Of a stretch of DNA of 64,000 nt, positions 35,501 to 47,829 are shown piece after piece. The DNA comes from Chiloscyllium plagiosum (taxonomy: Eukaryota). Position 1 is the first letter of the stretch. Each line of letters begins with the position of its first letter. The translations under genes were made by a program, and so were the position numbers. The notes under the pieces are model-generated. The model worked only from the letters and a program-made list of their open reading frames with translations, did no database searches and was not told the DNA's origin. The stretch is taken from assembly GCF_004010195.1 (NCBI RefSeq), contig NC_057720.1, positions 29,665,631-29,729,630 of the forward strand, written 5' to 3'.

Positions 35501-37299
35501 ATTTGACATTTCAATAGTGATGTAGTTTCTTTTACCTGTTCTCATATAGTGAATGTTTTTGTGTGAGTGATAGTGAGTCAATGGAACCTAAAGTCAGCAT
35601 TGTTGTGCCTTTTTTTACAAGTATAACATGAATGTAACACATCCAATAAAGCACGGCAGAACTTCACAGTCAACCTGTATGGGCAATTGGTCAGTGTTAA
35701 ATTAGACGGAGCTTACTTTTAGATAGTTCTAGTAGCTACGTGAATTATGCAAACACCAGTGCTTAGATCCATTTTCCTAAATTTATTCAGACCTGTTGCA
35801 GCTTGAGTTGTTTGAGCACTGACTGCTATTTATCAGGCTTCAACCACTTAACCAATTATACATAAAGGAACTTCTGAGGGCAGACCAAAGAAAAGGCAAA
35901 ATGCTCCAACATTTTGCGATTTATGATATTGGAAAAAGTTTTCCCAGGGTTACAATAGTTGAAGAGAACTTCTTTTTGAGGAGGATTTGAAAATAGAGAA
36001 TGAGGCAGAAATGTATAGAGACTTGAAATGAAGATCCAGAGGATAGGGGCATGTTGGCTACAAAAGCAACCACAGGTTGGAAAATGTGTCAAGCAGAACC
36101 AAACTGTCAACTGGAATTGTAGGGTAGGTGCGCAATGCAGAATGCCTAAAGAAACCTATCGAAACTGGTTGGGAAAGAAAAACTTTCTATTTGAATGTCT
36201 GATCAAAAATTTGATACATTAGAACAAATGGTCACATTGGAATTCAGTGCTTTGATTGGACACTGATATGTGAAGTCTGGATTCTGAATTCCTCCATGCT
36301 TTGAAAGTATTTCCTTGTCATAAACTGCTGTTATTGCTAGGGAATGACATTTCTAAATGTCATGAATTTTGATGGCTCTTCCATTGTTCACTTTCAATCC
36401 ATTGGGTTTCACAAGTGTTTGGTTGTTACATAAGACAAAATATTGATGCTGTAATCCTGTGACTTTAGAAAAACCCAGTTATCATCAATGTCATGGAAAT
36501 ATTACAGCAGCTATCTGGATATGGGACAGATATAAAATGCCTGATAGCTTTCTCACATCAGGAGCTGACATAATGTTTCAACATGAAGCAATATTTATAG
36601 GCACATTTATTAAATCATTTATGGGTATCTGGGGAGTCAATTAACTTCACATATCTAGAAAAAAGAAATGTATACATGAGCAGAGTTCTTGACATTCAAC
36701 TCAATCCTAATACTAATCCACGAAAGATGCCAAATGACAAAATAATGCTGTTTTGTGCAAAACAAAAGCAATAGCCCTAAATAACATCCTAAGGGGAAAA
36801 GATGGTCAAAATATTCCCATTAGTCGTCATTGAACACAGCAGGGTTTCATTGTAACTACAGCATATCAGTGTGTACCCTGTAGCAGATGTGAACAGATGG
36901 AGACCCATCGTGGTTTGCAAAGCCTTTGCCAAAGGAACAAATAAAATGCATTTTGTCCCCATTGGTGATCTTTTGCATTAATTCCAATCACGATATTTGA
37001 TCAGATCAATTGGGATATTCAACTAAATAGAAAATATTTTTAGACAGAGATGTAGAATAAAATATTATTGTTATATCCAAATTCAAGTTTTCCATACTTT
37101 AACTGTCAGCATTCACATGGGAAGTAAAATAAACCAGGAAGAGTCATTTTAACAGCTGGACACTTATTGCTAAAGCTCAACAGTCGAATATATTTATTGC
37201 CATTGTACAGGACAACATGAGAAAAATTTAACAATGAAACTTAATGCAATATCCTGTTAATATTTCATTAACAGTAGTAAGGAGTGGATTTTTAAGACT

Positions 37300-37665
37300 G
37301 GATTTATTTCTTTAAAGTACTGGTCATTGATAAGGCCAGTACTTTTTGACCATCCTTATCACTCTTGAAATGAATAACTTGCTAGGCTATTTCAGAGGTC
37401 AATTCAGGGTCAACCATATTGCTGTGGATCTGGAGTCACATATAGAACAGACTAGGTAGTTATAGCAGATTTTCTTCCTTAAAATACATTAGTGAACCAA
37501 ATGGTTTGTGTAAGTTTGATGACCACCGCTACTGAGATGAAAGGTTTTCATTCCAGATTTATTAACTGAATTCAAATTCCACCAGCTGCTATGGAAGGAT
37601 GTTAACATGTTCTCAGAGAATTAGCCTGGGTTTCTAGTTTACCTGTAATATTACCACTGCACCAA
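37300..37665 (-). mobile_element. tRNA-derived SINE with L2/CR1-group tail
   Basis: Similar to 51085-51420 (gctgtggatctggagtcacat; cattagtgaacca; gaattcaaattccaccagctg). Confidence 0.75.
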
Positions 37666-39559
37666 TTTGCTGCAGAAACTGTGATCAGATCATAAGAATT
37701 TCCAGCCCTGTCAGTTTAATCACCTAATGAAATTTTCAGCTACATAATGTTGCAATGAAACAAACTCCTTTATTACAATATATTGCTAAACAGTTGTCAG
37801 AGGTAATTTAATACTTCTGTATTAATGCAATAAAAATAAACTGAGCACTAAAAATACAATTTCTAAACAAAAATCCCTTTTCCCCTATTCTCACTTCACT
37901 TTTTTACATTACTGTTATCAAATATAATTCCTTCATTTTGAAATTGGTTTGATTTTGGAAATAAAAAGCTCCTAATTGGCTGAAAACTAGCTGTTAGGCT
38001 GCAGTGTTGGAGTTGGTTAAATTTTAAATGCACCTTGAGTTCCTTGTGGTGAAGCTGACAGTGCAATCCCAAGTTGATGAGATAACTTATCCATAGGACA
38101 GGAATGGTTCAAGGGTGCATGAAACAGAATAGGCAGAAAATGTATATCCTCCATGGGGATCTAACCAACCATTACCAAACTAGCAATTTCCACTGCATGA
38201 TTCCACTCTGGGCGCAGCACTTAGAAATTCATGAGAAATGCTGGTGTCAACCAGGTGTAACTATTGTATTTCTTTACTATTTAGTAAATTATCATCACCT
38301 CATTGTTTCCATATATGTTTTCACTCTCATCAGCACACTGAAAAAATTATGGGATAATCATCAAGGGAATACAGGGAACAAATGTATAACCTATTCACAG
38401 AAATTCAATGGAAAAAGTCTGATGATGATCTAAAAACACTACATGTCTGTGTGGAGGTAAAATCAAGTGGGCATGTGTGTGTCATGTTTCTAAATGAGTA
38501 ATTGTGTGAACATAGGTAAGATGTTTGCATATTTTTGTAAAAGAACTGGGCAAACATGCAAATCAGTGACGGCAGGAAAATATAGACATTCTTGTTCAAC
38601 TTAAGCACAACACCATTGTTTATTAAAGTTAATATTTCAGAGAAATACATTTTGGAATTAAACAGAATAAAATTGTTGTGCTTAATGTTCAGAATTTTTG
38701 AAACTTTGAAGTGTTACTAAATTAGTTGCATGTTTGTACTGATTTACTGTTGTACAAATATCCAGATCTATTATTTTCACTACCCTGTGCACTTTTAATA
38801 AAATATAACAGAGCCATTAAGAAAACAAATAGACGCCAAGGTGGAAGAATAGATGTAGAAATTTAAAGCATGGTATTAATATGAAAATAACCTGACCAAG
38901 AATAGCAGCTGTAAGAAGAGTGATACTGAAAAACTATTGAAAGTTTATTTAGTTCATCAATTAGGAATTTACTTAATACCTAAAGTCATCTTCACAGTGC
39001 AGCATATACAACATTGCTAGAAGTGAATAAAAGTGGTACATAAATTTTGCTTTGGAATTCTGTTCAGATTGTTGTATTGATTGACAAAGTTTGAGATACT
39101 GATTTACCATCGATTGTGCTTCAGCGTGGTAACAGCTTAGCCACAGTTCTTCAAAGTTTGTACAACTACACTCAGGAATAAAGTCAATTACAATATTCTA
39201 ATTGCCACTATATAGCTATAGATTGTAGAGACCCAAGCTTTTTTTGAGGCAAGGCTAACATGTTTGAAGTATACCATTCCTGTATGGAAATATTCATTAT
39301 AGAATACTGAAATGCAAATGGGACACAAAGGGTGATACATTAATGAAAACTTGCACTTTCCCATGAGTACTTCTACACACTTTAAGACAGTATTGATTAC
39401 CTATGATTGCCAATCCAGTGAATTGGAATTCTAATTGAAGGGTGTTTTCTGCCCTCTAAAGCATCTAAGAATTGAGACAAAGTTGCAATTATAGTGGACA
39501 ATGATGATCTTTGCTGTAATCTGTAATACTTTCCACTTCTAGGCAAATGTGGCAGCCAA

Positions 39560-39850
39560 TTTAAGGACAGGAAAGTACCACAATCAGCGGTGAACAAATT
39601 AATACTTAAATTGTTATCCTGCAAATGAAGTGACTAAACTGTTGGCTAGGACTATAGCAAAGCTCCTTGCTTTTGATGAAAGGAAACACCTTGGGATCTT
39701 TAACTTTTCCCTGAACAGGCAGATGGAATCTTGATTTAATGCCATATCTGACTCAAACAATTTGGCTTTCCCTCAGTATTGCACTAAAGAGTCCATTATG
39801 TGTTCAAATCCTTTAGATTTAATGATGATAATGCTGTCACTGAACCACAA
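39560..39850 (-). mobile_element. Ancient DeuSINE-like relic
   Basis: ttgggatctttaacttttccctgaacaggcagatggaatcttgatttaatgccatatctg..ccctcagtattgcact resembles, from memory, the Deu core domain in reverse orientation. Confidence 0.55.
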
Positions 39851-40820
39851 AACTAGTCAATACAAAAAGATTCGGAAGTTTTTTTTGCTTAGGTAAAAAA
39901 GTGCAAAGAAAATCAGCTTAAATCATTGACAAAGAAGCTGAAGGCATTTTATGCTTTTTATTAAAGTTATGTGAGAATGTCCATATACAATATAAAACAT
40001 TAAAGGGCAGATTAGGAAAATATTTAGGTGTGTCTTTATTTTTAACAATGTTCACTTCAGCACAAAGGAAGAAAGGAGATTAATAGACTTGTTTAACAAC
40101 TCCATAGTCTCTAGTTGGTAAATATGGTTCTGGTACTGTGCAATTTGAAATGATGTGTGTCTCATTGTGAGAATTGTGAGATACAAAGCTGACAAATTAC
40201 AATTGGACCCTAAATTTACATTTGATAAATATGTACGCGCACTAACTGGTGAAGCTAACGACAAGCAACAAGGGATATTCAGACAACTACCAATATGAGC
40301 AATTAATATTAATCAGCTGAAAATACCAAGAGATCATAGTGGACCAGGAAAGTGTGCCACCCAAATTATGCATCAAACTGAATCAAATAAAGAGGGACAG
40401 CACAGATTCTGCAACAAAAGTGAAATCATGATGAACACGGGAGATTCCTATTGCATCCAACCGCTTAATGGTCTGCTAGAGAGACAAACTGTCAGCAAAA
40501 GGGATACGGTTGAGAAGTACAAAGGAAAGAAAAAGTGGTCAATAATATTTCAAAATGTGATCTGGAGAAATAGAGATGTTCTTTTCTAAACATGATAGAA
40601 AGGAAGGCATAATATCACAAAGAGTAAAATATATTGTAAAGTGCTGTTCTCTTTTGGAACAGGGACTTACCATGCCAATGGTTGATTTCCCTAAGTGAAT
40701 ACCATCTTAAGTGACTTCAATTTACATATAAACATGTAAATCAAATGACCACCAATGCTGTGGAAGAAGAATTCCTGGCAATTGTTTGAGATAGTTTCCT
40801 TGAGCAATATTTAGGGGAGC

Positions 40821-41041
40821 TGGAAATGTGTTGCTGGAAAAGCGCAGCAGGTCAGGCAGCATCCAGGGAACAGGAGAATCGACGTTTCGGGCATAAGCCC
40901 TTCTTCAGTTCCCTGGATGCTGCCTGACCTGCTGCGCTTTTCCAGCAACAAAGTTCCCTGGATGCTGCCTGACCTGCTGCGCTTTTCCAGCAACACATTT
41001 CCAGCTCTGATCTCCAGCATCTGCAGACCTCACTTTCTCCT
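40821..41041. mobile_element. Fold-back PLE mini-element (family A) with 16-bp TSD and an internal 43-bp duplication
   Basis: TSD caatatttaggggagc at 40805-40820 and 41042-41057; left arm 40817-40871 is inverted relative to 40908-40950 and 40953-41007. Confidence 0.92.
40881..40908 (-). ncRNA. Minimal hammerhead ribozyme core (5' strand of helix I lost at the junction)
   Basis: CTGAAGA-A-GGGC-TTAT-GCCC-GAAA-CGTC. Confidence 0.72.
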
Positions 41042-41124
41042 CAATATTTAGGGGAGCCAATTAGGGCATAAATTAGTTTAGACCTATGTTATACAATGAG
41101 AAAGGACTAATTAATAATCTTGTT

Positions 41125-41282
41125 TCTTTTATATTTACATTGTTGGCTAGGACATCCTTTATTATCTATCCCTAATTGCCCAGAGGGCAGTTAAGATTAA
41201 CTACATTGCTGTGGGTCTGGAGTCACATATAGGCCAGACCAGGGGTAAGGATGACAAGTATCCTTCACTAAAGGACATTAAT
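41125..41282 (-). mobile_element. tRNA-SINE 3' half (L2/CR1-group tail family)
   Basis: ccctaattgcccagagggcagttaaga..ctggagtcacat, as in 51085-51420. Confidence 0.75.
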
Positions 41283-41319
41283 TGTAAAAGAACCTGCAGA
41301 GAATAGCAAGAACAACATG

Positions 41320-42580
41320 AAAGAATTTTTCATTGAGTTTGAAAAAGATGTAGTTCAATCTGAAACTAGTGTCTTAATTCTAATCAAGGGAAATCATAAA
41401 GGTATGAGGAGGAAGCTGGCTGTGGTGAATTGGAAAAGTACAATAAATACAAATTTTACAGTAAATAGAGAATGGCTAGTATGAAGGCAAAAGGACCCAA
41501 CTGGAAAAGTGGGAGATCCATGGCTAACAAGGGAAATTAAAGGCAGCATTAGAACAAAGGAGGAGGCTTACCTAAAACATTGTAAGCCTGAGAATGGGTA
41601 ACTTTTATAATATAGCAAAGGAGGACCAAGCTATTGATAACAAAAATCAAAACAATATATAAATGTAAACTGGCAAAAAAACATGAAAACAAATTGTAAA
41701 AGATTCTTTGAATATGTAACAAGGAAAAGATTGAAAAAGAGTTCATTACCAGCAGATACAGAAAAATCTAAAATAGGATATCGAGAAATGTCATTACCTC
41801 ACACTGTATCTCTCTTCACCTTGGAAGACACATGAAGTCTCCCCAAAATAATTAAGACCCAATGTTCTGGTAAGATTATAGAGATTACAAAATTAGTATT
41901 TCTAAAATGGTGAAGAATTGAAAATGTTGATGTTGACAGGGATCTAGGTGTTCTTGTAAATGAGTCATAAGGTTAGCATGTAAATATAGCAAACAATTCA
42001 GAATGCAAAGGTTATGTTATCACACGAGGATTTGAGTACAGAAGTAGAGAAATCTTATTTCATCTGTACAAGTCTACACCTTTGGTATTGTGTGTAGTTC
42101 TGCTCCCATTGCTCAAGGAAGGACAGACTTGCTACAGAGTTCAGCGGAGGTTCACTAACTAATTCCTTAGATGGTGGGACTGCTGCATAAGAAGTTGAGG
42201 AGGCTGAGCCTGTATTCTTGAGTTTTTCTTGAGTAGATCTCATAGAAACTTACAAAATACTTGAAGGGATAGACATATTGGAGGAGAAAGAATTTTCCCC
42301 TAGCTTTGGGGTCTAGAACCAAGAGATAAAGTCTCAGAATAAAAGGCAAGTGATTTAGAACTGAGATCAGGAGGAATCTCATCAACCAGAGTGTGGTGAA
42401 TCTTTAAAATTCTTTACCCCAAACAAAGTGGATGTTCAGTCAATAAGAAAGTTCAAGTCAAAGATGGACTGATTTCTAATTACTAATTAGATCATGGGAT
42501 ATGGGGATAACATGAGAACATGCAGTTTAGGTAGACTTAGGGAGCCGAATGGTAACACATCTGCTTCTACGTTCCTATTC
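41320..42580 (+). mobile_element. Old internally deleted CR1 LINE
   Basis: PWLTREIK at ~41518; cagggatctaggtgttcttg (RDLGVL); tattgtgtgtagttctg; CR1-type 3' UTR. Confidence 0.75.
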
Positions 42581-42639
42581 GGAGTGCAAGCAAACCAAAT
42601 GAGACCACAAATGAAACATTACATGGAACCAAAGATTTT

Positions 42640-42905
42640 TATGGTATATCTACAAGACACACTGAACTAATTTGCTAAGGGTCTTTCCACAGCACCTACC
42701 AAACACACAAACTCCAACATCTAGAAGGACAAGGACACAGATACATGGGAACATCACACATGCACGGTTCCTCCAAGCCACACACCATCCTGACCTGCAA
42801 CTATGTTCTAATTCCTACACTGATACTGGGGCAGCTTTCTGTAAGTTTCTTCATAAAACCATAGTGGATGTCCTACACCTCAGGTAATGTGGTTGTTCAA
42901 GATAG
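42640..42905 (+). mobile_element. L2/CR1-group LINE 3' fragment
   Basis: Similar to 24090-24305 (catctagaaggacaagg..cagatacatgggaacatcac). Confidence 0.7.
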
Positions 42906-43188
42906 TCGCAGAGTTGAATTTTACTTTCTCCATTCTTTAGAATACTCATGTTACATATCAGTGATTGTAGTTTCCATTAACTCCCCCATTCATCCATCCT
43001 GATTGTTGGTACCTGCCTGGCCCTTTACAGAATTTAAATATATTTATTGTTCTTAGAGGTGTCCTGTTCATCCTATTATTTCAGCATAGACCACTTCTAA
43101 TGGTAGTGTGCCAAGCAGCTCTGGAATATGGGCTATTGTCTTCAATTAGTGAATTAAAATTAATAAATATTAATAACAATTACTAGGC

Positions 43189-43314
43189 GAAAGTGAGGAC
43201 TGCAGATGCTGGAGATCAGAGCTGAAAATGTGTTGCTGGAAAAGCGCAGCAGGTCAAGCAGCATCCTTGGATGCTGCCTGACCTGCTGCGCTTTTCCAGC
43301 AACACATTTTCAGC
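43189..43314. mobile_element. Fold-back PLE mini-element (family A) lacking the hammerhead, 14-bp TSD
   Basis: Arms 43221-43266 and 43269-43314 (46 bp, 1 mismatch, TT loop); perfect TSD aacaattactaggc at 43175-43188 and 43315-43328. Confidence 0.92.
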
Positions 43315-44254
43315 AACAATTACTAGGCCACCACTTTAAATGCCACTATAGGTTCCCACTGCTAACTGGAGAGGGATAAGGAGATTTGTTTTGCACTTGT
43401 GGTAAAATCAGGCTATCAATTTTTGACTTCCATCGTCTAGATTTTGATGCCTGGGACCGATAATAGAATAACATTTTTAGAAAATGCTGTCTTAACATTG
43501 GCCACAGTGGTCACCTATTAGGTTGATTCAAAGTCACACTACCATCAATAAACAAGAATCCATCTGCATTGAAATTGAATGTAATCAAAATTACTCAGAT
43601 CCCTATTTTGTGCTCAATTCACACCTTTCTCAGAGTTTTACACTTTAGGATGAAAATCGCCTGCAAATTATCGATTTTGAAAAAAACAATGAAGTTAAAC
43701 ATCAAACGAGACAAGGGCACTATATTTCAGACAACACTTGTTGGGCAGAGAGAAAAGAAAATTGATTGAAAGCAGCAGAACTGGAAGGATAGCTTGCCCC
43801 TGCTTAGTCTTCTCAGCCTCTTAACACACAATACCCACTGATACATCAAATTGGAGAAACATTCATTCATTGAGAACTCAAGAATGTCTACAAAACTCAC
43901 CCCTCCTGTGGATAAAATACATCAATTAAATGCGGTCTCAGGTTAAAAACGCAAGAAATTGGAGGACTTTTGCTTTTAAAACTGTCTGTCGTTGGTTTTC
44001 CTTTCTGTCTTAGACATTCTTCCCTTTTAAAAACTTTATACTTGTATTTATTTGTGTGTCTATTTGACATTGTGTTTTATTGTTTTTCTTGGAATTATTA
44101 AGAAATAATATGTTTCTTTCTCAAGTAAAGTTTGTAATTAGCTCCTTTGTTTTGACTCATACAACATTTTAATTGAAATGTGACCTAGCTGCCTGCTAAA
44201 AAAACTTTTAAAATCTTTCCAATTTAAAATATTAGTTAATAAAGATCTACACAC

Positions 44255-44602
44255 ACTAGAATTTAGAAGAATGAGCACTGATCTAGTTGAGGTATATGAC
44301 GTGCTAAACAAGATTGACAAAGTAGATGTGGAGAATGTGTTTCCCCTTGTGGGGCTATCTCAAATGCAAGGTCATACTTTTAGGCCAAAGGGTGACAGTT
44401 TCAAAACAGAGGTGAGCTGGAATCAATCAAAGGGCCTTAAGGACACTGAATAAATTTGAGGAGATACACTTTCAGTTAGTAACATGCTAAGGGGTTATGG
44501 ATAGGAAAGTAGAGTTGAGGGCAAGATGAGATTAGTCATGATCACATTAAACGGCGGCACAGACTCAAGGGGCAGAATTTCCTATTCTTAGTTCTTATGT
44601 AC
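44255..44602 (+). mobile_element. CR1 LINE 3' end
   Basis: LEFRRMSTDLVEVY..FPLVG; CR1-type 3' UTR. Confidence 0.8.
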
Positions 44603-46199
44603 TTAGATTGTGGTTGATTTAGGTGATTCAAAAGATAGGAGCTGAACACCCTTTCTCATAGGTGTTATTATATAGAGAAATTGATGATTAAGCAAAACTG
44701 TACATCTCAGGCAGTGGTAATCTGTGGAGATAATTTTATATCCTTGACACAAAGCTTCATAAAATAAGAGCATTTATTGTGAATGTGGGCTGTAGAAGAG
44801 AAGATTTGAATTTTACTGGCTGGACGACTGTTCATCTGCAAACTGTTGCACCCTCAGACCCATCCCAATTCTTGTCATGTGATCCTGTTGAGATAAGCTC
44901 TGCAACAGGAACACAAGCTCAGAAAATTAGTTTGATGGTGTAGATTATGTCTGATATGGGATATTGAGTAAATTGACTAAAGGTAATGAACCACCAGTCT
45001 GAATAGAAGAATTTGTTAAGTTCCAAAAAGAGTGAGCCTTTACAAACAATTACTTAATAATACTTAACTTCAATCTCACTGAGAAGAGAGACGTGTTACC
45101 AAAACATTCATCTTGCATTCTTCCGGACAAACACAAGAGTGCAGAATTTCAAATTTCAAATAAACATGAAGAATTATACAATAGAGAAATAGGTACCAGA
45201 TTGCTTTTGCCCTGATGAGTACAAGACAACAGTCTTCAACAATCTGATCCTGTTTTCAGCCATATTGAAGGATAGTTTTATTTAGTTGTATCCCTGGTAA
45301 AGGGGAAGCAGAAGAATGAGTGAAAATTAAAAAAGTATAACAAAATCAATCAACAAATCTATATTTGCCTTTTTGAATTTGTCATACTATTAATGTATCA
45401 AGTTACATTGTTATAAACTAATGAGAAATCAGCAGCATTGCCAATGAAAAAATGGCTTAGAACAATCTAAGCAATGGTGCAGGCAAATCTTACTACTCAA
45501 TAGCCATATCTAACCAAATTCAAGGCAAAAATGAAATGTAAGTACCAACATCTAAAATTCCACAGATTGTCCAGCATACGTCCATCACTAAAGTCAGAAA
45601 ACAGGCTTTGTCAGAGGTCAAAGGTCCATCTGGCCCTTACAATGCCATTGCATCAAAAGAAGTGTGACCCAGGTATTTATGGCTCTCCTAACAGACTCGC
45701 ATTGTAGTTCCAACAGGAAAATCATGAAAAGACTGGGAGAAAGATAACGACCTGATTATGCTGAACTATGAAATATAGGCTTACTCAAGGCCTCAATCAC
45801 CATCTGCCCCACACAAAGGTACCCCCTTCAGAGTGAATGAGGTCAGGAGTTGAGTTGCCACTCTTCAAGTTTCCCCAGATCTTACCTCTCATGAAGTGGA
45901 AACTAGAGCCTCCAAGAATTCCAACAAAGGTGAAGCCCCAGAAAGGTATGGCACCAGCATGGGTGTCTAAATAGTAAGACTTCCCGATAATCTGGCAGAA
46001 CAGCACTGGAAAGACCTGGTAAGTGCAATGATTTAGTAAATGCAGAATTGCTTCTCAAAAATGTTTGGAGCCAATGTAACCAAGTATTGATGAAGAAACT
46101 AATAGTACAACTAGAAGCCTCATCACCTTCAAACGTATTATCTGACCGTAGGCAGCAGTTCTGTAAGAGAATTAAACAGCATCATTTTCCCTTTCCCAA

Positions 46200-47740
46200 A
46201 ATGTGAGAACAGAAATTAATGGGCCTGAAGGATGATAAGTTATTGTAACTTGATTCCCAGAGGTAGCGAACTAAATAATGGGTGTGTTGGTGATTGTCTA
46301 CAACAATTCTATAGATTCTCGAGTGGTTCCTGTAGACTGGAAGTGAGCAAATGTTATTTAAGATGGAATGAGAGACAAGATGGAGAACTACTGATGTGTA
46401 AGCCTTGCATCAGTAGTAAGAAAATACTAGAGTCTGTTATAATGGATGTGATAAATTGATTTTTTAAATTCATTCACAGGATGTGGGCCCTGAGCGTGTT
46501 GTGAGCGGGTGGGCACTGAGCGGTTGTGAGTGAGGTGGGCCCAGAGCGTGTTGTGAGCGGGGTGGGCCCTGAGCGTGTTGTGAACCGGGTGGGCCGTGAG
46601 CGTGTTGTGAACGGGGTGGGCCCTGAGCGTGTTGTGAGCGGGGTGGGCCCTGAGCGTGTTGTGAGCGAGGTGATCCCTGAGCAAGTTGTGAGCAGGGTGG
46701 GCCCTGAGAGAGGGTGGGCGGGATGGGCCCTGAGCACGTTGTGAGCGGGGTGGGCACTGAGCGTGTTGTGAACGGAGTGGGCCCTGAGCATGTTGTGAGC
46801 GGGGTGGGCCCTGGGCGAGTTGTGAGCGGGGTGGGCCCTGAGCGAGGGTGGGCGGGGTGGGCCCTGAGCGTGTTGTGAGCGGGGTGGGTCCTGAGCGAGT
46901 TCTGAGCGGGGTGGGCCCTGAGCGGGGTGGGCCCTGAGCGTGTTGTGAGCGTGGTGAAAATATTGCAGATGGAATATCATGTTGAAAAATGTTATCCACT
47001 TTGGCAGGAGGATCAGATGTGCACAGTATTTCTTAAAACCTAAGGGGTAAAAATTGTAGAAGTATAAAGGGACCTGGATATCTTAGCAATTGCTTACATG
47101 TAGGCCCAGCAGTAAATAGGAAGGTTAATGGTATATTTGCGTTTATTGTAAGACAATTGAATACAGAAGTCATGAAGTCTTGTTTCAATTATATGAACCC
47201 TGGTTAGGCCACAGCTAAATTATTATGTGCAGTCTTGGTCTGCTTACCTCAGGAAGAATATTATTGCCATAGAAGAAGTGTAACCATTTCACCAGGTTGG
47301 TTCCTGGTAGCACAAGACGATCCTTTGAAACGAGATTAATGAAACTCAGCCTGTGTTCTGTGGAGTTTTGAACAATAAGAGGTGATTTAATTTAAACTTA
47401 CAACAAATTTAAAGGGTAGATGCTGATTCCCCAATTGCGGAGTGTAGAACCAAGGAGGACATTTTCAAAACAAGGTGCATACAACGAAGGACTGGGGTGA
47501 AGATTAACATTTTTGCTCAGAGGATTGTGAATCTTTGGAATTCTCTACTCCAGAGGATTGTGGAAGTTCACTCACTAAGTATGTTTAATGACAAGATTGA
47601 CAGATTTTAAATGCCAATGGCATGGAGGGACATAGAGACAATATGGGAAAGGCATTGAAGTAGATAATCAGACATGGTTTTATTGACTATTAGAACGGGC
47701 TCAAAAGGTGAATGGCCTCCTCGAGCTCCAATGTTGCTGT
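46200..47740 (+). mobile_element. Old CR1 LINE, interrupted by a minisatellite
   Basis: VVPVDWK at ~46323; WQMEY-like plus IHFGRR at ~46965-47010; LVRPQLNYYVQSW at ~47200. Confidence 0.8.
46483..46953. repeat. 27-bp GC-rich minisatellite, ~18 units (ctgagcgtgttgtgagcggggtgggcc)
   Basis: Direct reading of the tandem units; the 27-nt period explains the repetitive spurious ORFs. Confidence 0.95.
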
Positions 47741-47829
47741 GTTTCTACAAAAAAAAGTGATCTTTTAATCCAGTTGCTTTGACATATGTTGAAAGGAGCA
47801 ATTCAGGTCATTTAACATCAAATTGCAAC

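Noticed and set aside
46483..46953. CRISPR-like array
   Set aside because: Head-to-tail units with no unique spacers, in eukaryotic DNA.
46427..46999. Longest ORFs in the track (190, 168, 95 and 72 aa)
   Set aside because: These are translations of the 27-bp minisatellite, open in several frames, with no gene context.
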